From positions 1-49,919 of the forward strand of contig BDTH01000047.1 of the NCBI GenBank assembly GCA_002923195.1: DNA of 49,919 bases. The letters are read 5' to 3'. The DNA comes from a bacterium BMS3Abin15 (lineage in GTDB: Bacteria; Patescibacteriota; Minisyncoccia; Moranbacterales; 2-12-FULL-40-10). The notes beneath the pieces are model-generated. The model worked only from the letters and a program-made list of their open reading frames with translations, searched no databases and was not told where the DNA came from. Each line of letters starts with the position of its first letter. Position 1 is the first letter of the stretch. Shown here piece by piece: positions 17,601 to 25,700 of this stretch. The position numbers and the translations under genes are program-made.

Positions 17601-18759
17601 ATAGACTCTCATAAATTTTTTTATATTCCTCAGCCACTTTCTTGATATCAAAATTCTCCTCTGCGTATTTTCTGGCATTCTTTCCAATTTCTTCTCGCTT
17701 ACTTTTATTTTTATAAAGATCTGAAGTTGCTTCAATTAATTGCTTTACATCTCCACTTTTTATTGTAACAGAATTGTGACTGTTTGCGAATTCTTTCAGA
17801 ACCGGTAAATCGGAAATAATAACTGGTTTTTCACAGGCCATAGCCTCAACAACCACCAGGGGCACATCAAATTTTCCCTTCATATCTTTAGCGGGAAAAA
17901 TGACAACATCAGAGAGGTTGTATAGCTTTGGCATATCAGAAAAAGTGTCAATAAATGTGATTTTAGATAGTAATCCCTTATCCTGCAATTTATTTTTTAT
18001 TTCTTTCTTTTTTTGTATATCCCCAGTGCCCTTTATGCGACAGGCAAAAATAAACTTGGCATTAGGAATAGATTTAAATATTTGTGGAAGAGATTTAGCT
18101 ATATCATCTGTCGCTCCGAGGCGTGTATATTCTCCGGGATAAACAATTACAAAATCATTTCCGGAAATGCCTAAATCGTTAATTAGTTTAATATTTTTTG
18201 GAGCAGAAGAATAATGACCTAGGTCAATGCCTGGGTAAATTCTTTTAGTATTTTTAAGACCTAGTTTCTCCAGTTTGTTTTTCGCATAATCAGAATAAGT
18301 GACAGCTAAATTTCCAAATATCAACTTCTTAATCTCTTCGTCAGAGAATAGATCTTCCCGTAATGTTGCGATTGTTTGGAGCGTTCCGACTTTATTATTC
18401 AACGCAAATTTTTTTATCAAGGCCGAACTTAACTTAGTGGGAGTAAAGACAAAGTGGGCAATATCAAACCTGCGTAGATATCTACGTAGATATCTCAGTA
18501 GATATAATTTTTGCAGAAAGCCGAAATTACTAGATGTGTATATTCTTTCCTGTTGTATATTTTCAGGGAGACCTTTAATTATTTTATTAACCAAAAGAGT
18601 AAACTGAAAACCATCTACGTTTTTAGCGAGATAATAAGCGAAATTTTTTGACGCTTCGTCCCAGGGAGGAGAAAGGGGGCGAGTGACTAAGAGTATCTTT
18701 TTTCCTCCAGAGGCGGATCCGCCTTTGGCGGACACATTCTTTTGATTTAGAGAATGCAT
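17599..18759 (-). CDS. Glycosyltransferase family 4 (start moved to MHSLN)
   Basis: KILLVTRPLSPPWDEASKN; DVPLVVVEAMACEKPVI; the ORF-track extension overlaps the upstream gene. Confidence 0.88.
   Translation of the reverse strand: MHSLNQKNVSAKGGSASGGKKILLVTRPLSPPWDEASKNFAYYLAKNVDGFQFTLLVNKIIKGLPENIQQERIYTSSNFGFLQKLYLLRYLRRYLRRFDIAHFVFTPTKLSSALIKKFALNNKVGTLQTIATLREDLFSDEEIKKLIFGNLAVTYSDYAKNKLEKLGLKNTKRIYPGIDLGHYSSAPKNIKLINDLGISGNDFVIVYPGEYTRLGATDDIAKSLPQIFKSIPNAKFIFACRIKGTGDIQKKKEIKNKLQDKGLLSKITFIDTFSDMPKLYNLSDVVIFPAKDMKGKFDVPLVVVEAMACEKPVIISDLPVLKEFANSHNSVTIKSGDVKQLIEATSDLYKNKSKREEIGKNARKYAEENFDIKKVAEEYKKIYESL
18702..18732. repeat. TCCGCC/GGCGGA double-hairpin repeat in frame in the GT4 N-terminus
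   Basis: Minus strand TCCGCCAAAGGCGGATCCGCCTCTGGAGGAA encodes SAKGGSASGG. Confidence 0.8.
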
Positions 18760-18763
18760 AGAC

Positions 18764-19129
18764 CTAATTATTAAAATCCTTATAAATTTCTTTCTTATCT
18801 TCATCATCTGAAACTCGGATGGTAATTTTTTTGTCCTCATATTCTGCGACATCAAGCTTTATGGTTCGTTTCTCACCTTTTCTGACTTCAATATCACCCT
18901 CAAGGGACGGCTTATTTTTACCTTTTATAATTGACCAGTGAAATTTATTTTTATCGCTGTGGTTTTCAATAACAAAATGCAAGTCGTCACTTTCGATGTC
19001 GTTAAAATATAAAACCCACCAGTTTTTATTATGGTCATAATCCCGCTGTCCTTGCTCAATAAATGACAAAAACATGAAACTGACCGCCAGTAATATTATT
19101 AGTGAATAAATTATAGTTTTATTGTTCAT
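18764..19129 (-). CDS. Hypothetical exported or membrane-anchored protein
   Basis: N-terminal TM then a beta-rich domain; 4-nt overlap with the upstream gene. Confidence 0.7.
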   Translation of the reverse strand: MNNKTIIYSLIILLAVSFMFLSFIEQGQRDYDHNKNWWVLYFNDIESDDLHFVIENHSDKNKFHWSIIKGKNKPSLEGDIEVRKGEKRTIKLDVAEYEDKKITIRVSDDEDKKEIYKDFNN

Positions 19130-21057
19130 ATATTTTTATAATATACTGCTATTTGTTCATTGCTATATATTTTCCAAAATTCTTTTGATTTCTCAAATTG
19201 GGAACCGTCAAAATCAGGATTGACCATTATGAAATTGGTTCCGGTTCCCTCAAAACATTTTTTGCCATTAACTGTGTTGGGAGTAGATATCATCCAAAGA
19301 GTGCACATCTCTCGCTTTTTGACCGGATCCTCATAGCGCTTGAAAAATCCGCGCGACAGAGGGTAACTGTAATCGCGCATGAAAAATAATTTAATCCAAG
19401 CATCGGCGATAATGTAATTATGGTCTTTTAAGATAACATCTTCGTTACCCGTATTATTTGCCAGGTAGTCGGAAGCATTAAAGGTTTGGACTGCTTTCTG
19501 ATACTCTCCTCTATCCTTTAATGATTGCGAATTGTCGTACAGTCCGCTTACGGCGGTAAAGGTAGCTAGAATCAAAAATAGAACATAAAGTACTCGTGCG
19601 TTTAGGTAATATTTTTTAAATTTTATATTTTTCACCTGATTGATTCCCCATACGAATGCGAAAGCACCAGCAATGGAAAGGGGATAAGAAATATAGTTGG
19701 CAATTCTATTTGATGGTATATCCAAATATAGCCACTGGGGCTTAAGAGACATTAGTAAAATTGCGACAACCCATCCTATTAAAATTGCAGAAGCGTAAGT
19801 TTTTCTTGTTCGCAATGCCAAAAGCATAAATAGTCCGATTATTCCCAGCACCATCCTAGCTTCACCAGCGGTGAATTTGAGTTGGGTAAACGTAAGTCCC
19901 GCGCGGGTGGCCTTTGAGGGTCCGCCCACGGCTGTTTCTACGGCACCAGTTTCTATATAACTGGGAGTATATACAAAGAGCGAAAAGATAAAAGTAAAAA
20001 GTAAAAAGATTATAACGGGCTTGGACCAGATGATATTCAGCCAATTGCGGGTGTATTTTATAATATTTTTTAGATTGAAAATTGTAAAAGTTAACAGTGC
20101 GAAAGCAAATACATAAACAAATACCAGGGCACTTAAGTGGTGTGTATAAAATATTCCGGCAGTGATGAATAAGGCCAGAGTTAAAAATGCAGAACTTTTT
20201 TCTTTAAGGGCGCGGAAGTAGAAATAAAGCGAAAGTGGAATAAGGAGGTTGCCCAGAATATTTCCTACTACGCCTCCACTTACGAACTTGGCCTGGGAAG
20301 AGGAGATAGTATAAAGAGGGCCTAATAGCAATAAGGCGAAAATGGAAATATTTTTCCCCTGTTCACAGTTTTTGAATAATCTAAGCGTCAGAATGAATGT
20401 TGCTAGTACTCCTAGTATATTTATCAGAAGGAGTACTAGTGAAGGAAAATAGGATATGAAGGGTATTCTAGAAATTAAATTAATGGCGGAAAATATCAGA
20501 TGTTCCCCGATAATGAAATCTGCTATTGGCTGTGGCTCACTAATTTGATAATCTCCATTATTTTCCGTAATCTCCATTTTTTCATATACTGGTAGCTCGC
20601 CAGTCTGGGAAATTTGTTTAGACCAGTACATGTGATGCCCCAAATCGGTAGAGGTGGGGAATATGGTGTTGGTTAGATAAATTGTTTTTATGAAAAGTGT
20701 GAGAAGTATAATTAAAATAATTAATATAATTTGATTTTTAGAAAAGGCCAGTTCTCTTTCTTCTCCTTCAACTATTTCTTTCTTAAATCTCTTTTTGTAG
20801 ATTCCGAAACAAGTCGCGGCGAATATTAAAATTAAAAGTAAAATAGTTACGATATTAAGAGAGATTCCAATTTTCCCTGCCAGGATCATCAGAAAGTCGA
20901 TAATAACAATGCTTAGACCAAATGATATTATGAACTTTTCCAAATCAGTAAATATTTTTCTTTTTCCCCAGGTAGCCAATATTAAAAAATATCCTGGAAC
21001 AAATAATACCAGAGCTATTGAGATGAAAAATAGAATTTGTTGAAATATAAAACTCAT
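19126..21057 (-). CDS. Large multi-pass membrane protein, probably GT-C type glycosyltransferase
   Basis: PTSTDLGHHMYWS loop motif, FYTHHLS, many TM segments, C-terminal soluble domain. Confidence 0.65.
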   Translation of the reverse strand: MSFIFQQILFFISIALVLFVPGYFLILATWGKRKIFTDLEKFIISFGLSIVIIDFLMILAGKIGISLNIVTILLLILIFAATCFGIYKKRFKKEIVEGEERELAFSKNQIILIILIILLTLFIKTIYLTNTIFPTSTDLGHHMYWSKQISQTGELPVYEKMEITENNGDYQISEPQPIADFIIGEHLIFSAINLISRIPFISYFPSLVLLLINILGVLATFILTLRLFKNCEQGKNISIFALLLLGPLYTISSSQAKFVSGGVVGNILGNLLIPLSLYFYFRALKEKSSAFLTLALFITAGIFYTHHLSALVFVYVFAFALLTFTIFNLKNIIKYTRNWLNIIWSKPVIIFLLFTFIFSLFVYTPSYIETGAVETAVGGPSKATRAGLTFTQLKFTAGEARMVLGIIGLFMLLALRTRKTYASAILIGWVVAILLMSLKPQWLYLDIPSNRIANYISYPLSIAGAFAFVWGINQVKNIKFKKYYLNARVLYVLFLILATFTAVSGLYDNSQSLKDRGEYQKAVQTFNASDYLANNTGNEDVILKDHNYIIADAWIKLFFMRDYSYPLSRGFFKRYEDPVKKREMCTLWMISTPNTVNGKKCFEGTGTNFIMVNPDFDGSQFEKSKEFWKIYSNEQIAVYYKNI

Positions 21058-21062
21058 ATTAA

Positions 21063-21158
21063 TCCTCTCCCTTTTTTAAAAGGGAGGTTAGGAGGGATTT
21101 TAGATTCTTTTTGGGCTTTCAAATCCCCCTTATACTCCCCCTTTTCTAAAGGGGGAGA
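21063..21158. repeat. CCCTTT/AAAGGG tandem-hairpin repeat
   Basis: CTCCCTTTTTTAAAAGGGAG ... CTCCCCCTTTTCTAAAGGGGGAG, with GGAGGGATTT/AAATCCCCC pairing. Confidence 0.7.
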
Positions 21159-21232
21159 CTTGCATTTAGTTGTTATAAAAATACCGTTTTTAGCTTGTTT
21201 AAGATATTTTGTTATACACCAGGCTCACACTA

Positions 21233-21261
21233 TTGACAAAAGCTTTATTATATGATAGCAT
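21233..21261 (+). promoter_or_regulatory. Putative sigma70 promoter
   Basis: TTGACA-17 nt-TAGCAT with a TG extended -10. Confidence 0.65.
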
Positions 21262-21269
21262 ACTGTAAC

Positions 21270-21376
21270 GGTGGAGTAAGGAGAGTAAAGACCCTTGCAG
21301 AGTTGTGGTGATATTTATTGCCATAGTAATGTGTGAGGCGCCATAGGCACTTCGTCAAAATTACAATCCTTCCACC
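21270..21376 (+). ncRNA. Putative structured RNA (leader or sRNA), family not recognised
   Basis: Closing helices GGTGG/CCACC and AAGGA/TCCTT; internal hairpin TGTGGTGATA/TATTGCCATA; GTAAT/ATTAC and GAGG/CTTC stems with a GCC-ATA-GGC cap; starts at the predicted +1. Confidence 0.45.
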
Positions 21377-21428
21377 AATAATTTATCTAAAGTTCCCCAT
21401 CACATATTATTTAAAGGAGGTAACTGCA

Positions 21429-21473
21429 ATGTACCGACAAGTCTTGCAAACTTGCCCAGCGGGTGGTACATAG
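21429..21473 (+). CDS. 14-aa peptide MYRQVLQTCPAGGT (not in ORF track)
   Basis: AAAGGAGGT SD 8 nt upstream of ATG, followed by a terminator. Confidence 0.45.
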   Translation: MYRQVLQTCPAGGT

Positions 21474-21483
21474 TACCGCCAGC

Positions 21484-21518
21484 CCCCTAGGTCGTAATGA
21501 TCTAGGGGATTTTCTTTT
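21484..21518 (+). terminator. Rho-independent terminator
   Basis: CCCCTAG-GTCGTAATGAT-CTAGGGG then a T-rich tail. Confidence 0.7.
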
Positions 21519-21541
21519 GTCAAAATTTCGATTTACATTAC

Positions 21542-21596
21542 TGTCATTCCGGATATAGATCCGGAATCTAGATTCTGAATTTAATTCAGAATGACA
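21542..21596. repeat. TGTCAT...ATGACA double-hairpin repeat (intergenic)
   Basis: TGTCATTCCGGATATAGATCCGGAATCTAGATTCTGAATTTAATTCAGAATGACA. Confidence 0.8.
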
Positions 21597-21619
21597 TAAT
21601 TCAATTTACTAGTTACAAG

Positions 21620-22735
21620 TTACTGATTACTAGTTATTTTCTGTATTTCCTCTAAATATCTTTTGGCAATCTTATCCCAGCTATAATTTTCAATTACAAA
21701 CTGCCGGGATTTTTCACCGAATTCTTTTCTAAAATTATCGTCGGCTAACAACTCGTTGATTTTATGAACGTAGACCTGCCTCGACGGTAGGCGGGTATCA
21801 ACATCATCCATTTCAATTAAAAATCCATTCTGTCCGTCTTTGATTGCATCTTGCAATCCCTCAAGCCGAGAAGCAATTACCGGAAGGCGGCAGGATCCGG
21901 CTTCGATTACTGAAATTCCGAAACCCTCCATATCTCCCTCGATTATTATATTGGGCTGAATGAATAAATCACAGGTGTTGAATAATATATTTCTGACTTT
22001 GTCGCTTACGTATCCAAGCATCTTAACTCTATCGGACAGATTATTTTTCTTGATAGCATTTTTAATGTTTTCTTTGTCGGGCCCGTCTCCGACAACAACA
22101 TAGGTTATGTTCTCGGGCAGCCCTGGCATTACATTACCAATAAACCAGGCCACGCCTTTTCTTTTAGCCAGCCGTCCGGATGTAAGCAATACTTTTCTGT
22201 TTTCTAAATTATCACTCAAAATTTTCTTTAAGTCATTTCTTGAATAATTTCCTAAATTTTTTTCTGTGTCTACGCCATTGGGGATAAAAACAAACTTATC
22301 TTCATAAATTCCTTTTTTTACCCCGACTCTTATGGTTTCGTTTCCCACGGCGATTAGCTTGTCGCATTTTTTAATAAATATTTCCACCCATAATTTTTGG
22401 AATAAGCTCATTTTATAGGTAAGGTCCAACCCGTGAACAATGGATACAACAGGTTTTTTGTAGAGCAATTTTACAAACCACCCTATAACACCTAACACGC
22501 CATCACCCAAAAGAAGCACATCGTATTTTCTGAACAAAAACAGCGCTCGAACAAGAGCGTAAGGAGCAAATATCGGAAGAAAAATCTTGCCACGGGTATT
22601 GGCTATGGTCTTAACATCGGCAATTTTCGAAAGCCACCTGGAAAGTTCATAATTCTGGCTTTCAATCCCGCCAACAGTAGGGGGATAAGCCCGGGAGATA
22701 AAAAGAATTTTTACCCTGTTAGATTTTTGCGCCAT
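21620..22735 (-). CDS. Glycosyltransferase family 4 (PimB-like)
   Basis: SRAYPPTVGGIE; DMEGFGISVIEAGSCRLPVIAS. Confidence 0.92.
   Translation of the reverse strand: MAQKSNRVKILFISRAYPPTVGGIESQNYELSRWLSKIADVKTIANTRGKIFLPIFAPYALVRALFLFRKYDVLLLGDGVLGVIGWFVKLLYKKPVVSIVHGLDLTYKMSLFQKLWVEIFIKKCDKLIAVGNETIRVGVKKGIYEDKFVFIPNGVDTEKNLGNYSRNDLKKILSDNLENRKVLLTSGRLAKRKGVAWFIGNVMPGLPENITYVVVGDGPDKENIKNAIKKNNLSDRVKMLGYVSDKVRNILFNTCDLFIQPNIIIEGDMEGFGISVIEAGSCRLPVIASRLEGLQDAIKDGQNGFLIEMDDVDTRLPSRQVYVHKINELLADDNFRKEFGEKSRQFVIENYSWDKIAKRYLEEIQKITSNQ
21774..21796. repeat. CCTGCC/GGCGGG hairpin repeat in frame in GT4
   Basis: ACCTGCCTCGACGGTAGGCGGGT; encodes TRLPSRQV on the minus strand. Confidence 0.6.
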
Positions 22736-22814
22736 TGATTATTGATTAAGTAACAACAAAAAATTATTAACTAAACTAAAACCCCGGATGTATAATCTGA
22801 AAAGTCTAACGGGG
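22714..22814. mobile_element. MITE-like element (CCCCGTTAGA subfamily) spanning the GT4 start codon
   Basis: CCCTGTTAGA ... TCTAACGGGG with exact TTTA/TTTA flanks (22710-13, 22815-18). Confidence 0.75.
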
Positions 22815-22822
22815 TTTATGGG

Positions 22823-23773
22823 TTATTTTTTATATTTCTGCTTTCTTAATAAATACATCTGATCTTCGGTAATTCTTCTGGTGTTTTTTACCATATCGGC
22901 TATGAAAGCGAAAATAATAAGCTGGATTCCAACAAGGAGCAAAGTTACTCCCAGCAGAATCAAGTTTCTGAACGGGGATATTTTAAAATCCTGAAAGTAG
23001 TTCCAAAAAAAGTAGGTAAACAATAACGCGGAAACACCAATTAAGAAAAGACCTGGCGCTCCAAAGAACTTCATGGGGCGTACATCCCGTACGGCTTTCA
23101 AGATTATTCTGGCAGAATTGTTTACATATTTATAAACACTTCTCACTACTCTAGAGTTTCGTTCAGCGAAATAAGTTACCTCCACAGGCACGAATGCTAC
23201 TTTTAGATTTTTTCCTACGGCGTCAATAATAACCTCCTGTGTATAGGTAAAATTTCCAGGAAGCGTAAGCCGAAGAAGGGTGTCTCTGCTGTAAGCCCGG
23301 AATCCGCAAGTTAAGTCATTAATCTTGCTGTTGAGAAATTTTCCAATTAATGAAGCGGCCAGTTTGTTTAAAAACTTTTTTGTCCAAGGAATATTTTTAG
23401 CCCTGTGTTTTCCAAATCTGTCAGCGCTTACTAGATCCGCTTCCTTATTGAGAATAGGCTTGATTATCTTAAGAATATCGTTGGGATCAAATTGTCCATC
23501 TGCGTCAATATTAACCATTAAGTCAGCGCCATTTCTGAGGGCTTTCCCTACGGCCGTTCTAAATGTTATGCCAATGCCACGGTTCATATTGTGGGAATAA
23601 ACAAAATCAGCACCTGCTTGCTTAGCTATTTCGGCGGTGCCATCTTTTGATCCATCGTCAATAACCTGTATGAAAACTTCATCGGCTCCTTCTATTTGCC
23701 GAGGTATTTTTTTTATTGTTTTTCCGATTCTTTCCGCCTCGTTGTAAGCGGGAAGATTTACTACTAATTTCAT
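22823..23773 (-). CDS. Glycosyltransferase family 2 (DPM/polyprenol-phosphate glycosyltransferase-like)
   Basis: LPAYNE, VIDDGSKD, IDADGQF (DxD), DLTCGFRAY; two C-terminal TM. Confidence 0.92.
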   Translation of the reverse strand: MKLVVNLPAYNEAERIGKTIKKIPRQIEGADEVFIQVIDDGSKDGTAEIAKQAGADFVYSHNMNRGIGITFRTAVGKALRNGADLMVNIDADGQFDPNDILKIIKPILNKEADLVSADRFGKHRAKNIPWTKKFLNKLAASLIGKFLNSKINDLTCGFRAYSRDTLLRLTLPGNFTYTQEVIIDAVGKNLKVAFVPVEVTYFAERNSRVVRSVYKYVNNSARIILKAVRDVRPMKFFGAPGLFLIGVSALLFTYFFWNYFQDFKISPFRNLILLGVTLLLVGIQLIIFAFIADMVKNTRRITEDQMYLLRKQKYKK

Positions 23774-23895
23774 AACATTAATTATTTATCAGCATCTTAT
23801 AATACAATATTATCGCAGTTTTATCAACTTGACAAATACTTTTTGATAATAAAATAACCCCACAAAAGCGGGGTGATTTTATTATTACAATAAGT

Positions 23896-24126
23896 CTATT
23901 TCCTCTTGATAATTAGTTCGGGATTAACACAATTAATATCACACTTGGCATTTTTAGTCCCTTGCTCTACCAATTCTTTGGTGCATTTCTCAATGCGTTT
24001 CTGACAGTTGGCCTTGTTTTGTTCGAAATAACTTGTATTAACTTTGTATCCAAAATAGTTAAGAACAAAGTTTCCTACAACTATAATTCCCGCTATCCAA
24101 ATTATAAATTTTAGTATCTTCCACAT
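23896..24126 (-). CDS. Small membrane-anchored protein with 4 Cys
   Basis: N-terminal TM, CxxxxxxC...CxxxC. Confidence 0.65.
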   Translation of the reverse strand: MWKILKFIIWIAGIIVVGNFVLNYFGYKVNTSYFEQNKANCQKRIEKCTKELVEQGTKNAKCDINCVNPELIIKRK

Positions 24127-24152
24127 TTTATTTTGCGCTTTTAATTTTTAGA

Positions 24153-25598
24153 CTACCGCCCTATCCCTCTGTATATTATACCATACTTTTGAATAGCATC
24201 TTTGTCCAGGCAATTTTTTCCGTCGACAATAGCTTTAATGGAATATTTTTTAAATATGCTTGGATCAAGTTTCTTAAATTCATCGTGGTCAGTGACAAGA
24301 ATAACCGCTTTGGATTTCCTTAATAGTTCCTCTATGTTTTTCACATCTGACATATGCGGAACGTGAGGATCAAACATTATTACATCCGCATCGTGTTTTT
24401 GTAAATGCTCCAATATTTTGAAAACTGGAGATTCTCTAAGGTCTGCAACGTTAGCCTTATATGATATGCCCAGAATCCCTATGGGAGTTCCCTTCATTGG
24501 CATTTTAATACTATTTAAAGAATGTTGAAGAATATTAACTGTGTATTCTGGCATTGAGTTATTTATTTTTCTGGCAATTTTTAAAAACTCGTGGTCAAAT
24601 CCGCTAGCCTTAGCTCTTTCTATAAGATAATAAGGATCAACCGGGATACAATGACCACCAACGCCGCAACCGGGAAAATGAGGCATAAAAGCGAATGGCT
24701 TAGTAGACGCGCCTCTTATTACGTCGTCAATGTCTATATTCATTCGGTCAAACGATTTTGCTAACTCATTGACGAAAGCAATATTAACATCCCTGAATGA
24801 ATTCTCTACGATTTTAACAGCCTCAGCTTCACGAATTGATTTCATCGGATAGATTTCGGCATCAAGAATTTTTTTATAAAACTTCACAGCCAAAGATAAT
24901 CCCTTTTTACTGAAGGCGCCGACTACGCGGGGAATATTAACCACATTCCAATTAGCATCTCCTGGGTTTATTCTTTCTGGGCAGTGAGCTAGGTAATAGT
25001 CTTTTCCTACTTTGTATCCGGCCTTGGCGAATATTGGCTCAACAACCTCTTCGCATACTCCGGGATTAACAGTAGATTCTATTACTACCAGTTGTCCTTT
25101 TTTAAAATTCTTTACAATTGAAGTTACGGCTTTCTTGACCGGACTTAAATCGGGATAATATTTTTCATCTACGGGAGTAGGAACGCAAACCAAAACTATA
25201 TCTGATTTTTTAATAACCTTGGCATCGGCAGTAGCTTCTATTTTTACCCCGACACCAATTTTAGCAGAATCTTTCGAAGATATATTGGTAGAGCTGATAG
25301 ATGACTTCGTCTTGCGGTTATTATTTTTTTCAGAGCCTGTCTTGGGATTGGTGTTGGGGTTTACTTTAGGCAAGTTGTTCTCTAAAAAATCCTCCTTTAT
25401 AGGGCTTTTTCCGGAATTAATTTTCTTAATCTTTTTTCGATCATTTTCCAATCCAAAAACCCTAAACCCACTTAAGGCAGATTGTACAGCCAATGGAAGA
25501 CCAACATAACCCATTCCGATTACGCAAACCGTTTGTTTTAACCTGTTTTTCCCTTTATTTTTCATAGTTATATTGAATTTATCAACATTTTTCATCAT
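24153..25598 (-). CDS. Nucleotide-sugar (UDP-GlcNAc/ManNAc-type) dehydrogenase with in-frame palindromic insertion
   Basis: IGMGYVGLP, CVPTP, IESTVNPG, CPERINPG, ENSFRDVNIAF, GVGGHCIPVDP, DLRESP. Confidence 0.93.
   Translation of the reverse strand: MMKNVDKFNITMKNKGKNRLKQTVCVIGMGYVGLPLAVQSALSGFRVFGLENDRKKIKKINSGKSPIKEDFLENNLPKVNPNTNPKTGSEKNNNRKTKSSISSTNISSKDSAKIGVGVKIEATADAKVIKKSDIVLVCVPTPVDEKYYPDLSPVKKAVTSIVKNFKKGQLVVIESTVNPGVCEEVVEPIFAKAGYKVGKDYYLAHCPERINPGDANWNVVNIPRVVGAFSKKGLSLAVKFYKKILDAEIYPMKSIREAEAVKIVENSFRDVNIAFVNELAKSFDRMNIDIDDVIRGASTKPFAFMPHFPGCGVGGHCIPVDPYYLIERAKASGFDHEFLKIARKINNSMPEYTVNILQHSLNSIKMPMKGTPIGILGISYKANVADLRESPVFKILEHLQKHDADVIMFDPHVPHMSDVKNIEELLRKSKAVILVTDHDEFKKLDPSIFKKYSIKAIVDGKNCLDKDAIQKYGIIYRGIGR
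25247..25359. mobile_element. In-frame MITE-like element inside the dehydrogenase gene
   Basis: ACCCCGACACCAAT (25246-59) and ATTGGTGTTGGGGT (25347-60); exact TTTA/TTTA flanks; encodes PNTNPK...KIGVGV. Confidence 0.85.
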
Positions 25599-25700
25599 AC
25601 ATCATTTAGTTGAATTTGGCAATGCTATCAAGTAGGGATTCTTGTAATATATATCGCAAGGCCTTTTTATTTTTACCTAAGTTTAGGTTATAATAATAGA

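Noticed and set aside
21037-21255. 72-aa ORF from the ORF track
   Set aside because: It is mostly a translation of the CCCTTT/AAAGGG repeat (PLPFLKGRLGG...SPFSKGG), overlaps the start of an opposite-strand gene and has no SD.
21278-21372. yybP-ykoY (Mn2+) riboswitch
   Set aside because: GAGAGUA, AAGACC and CGUCAA resemble its conserved elements, but their order does not fit the standard four-way junction. Kept only as a ligand to test.
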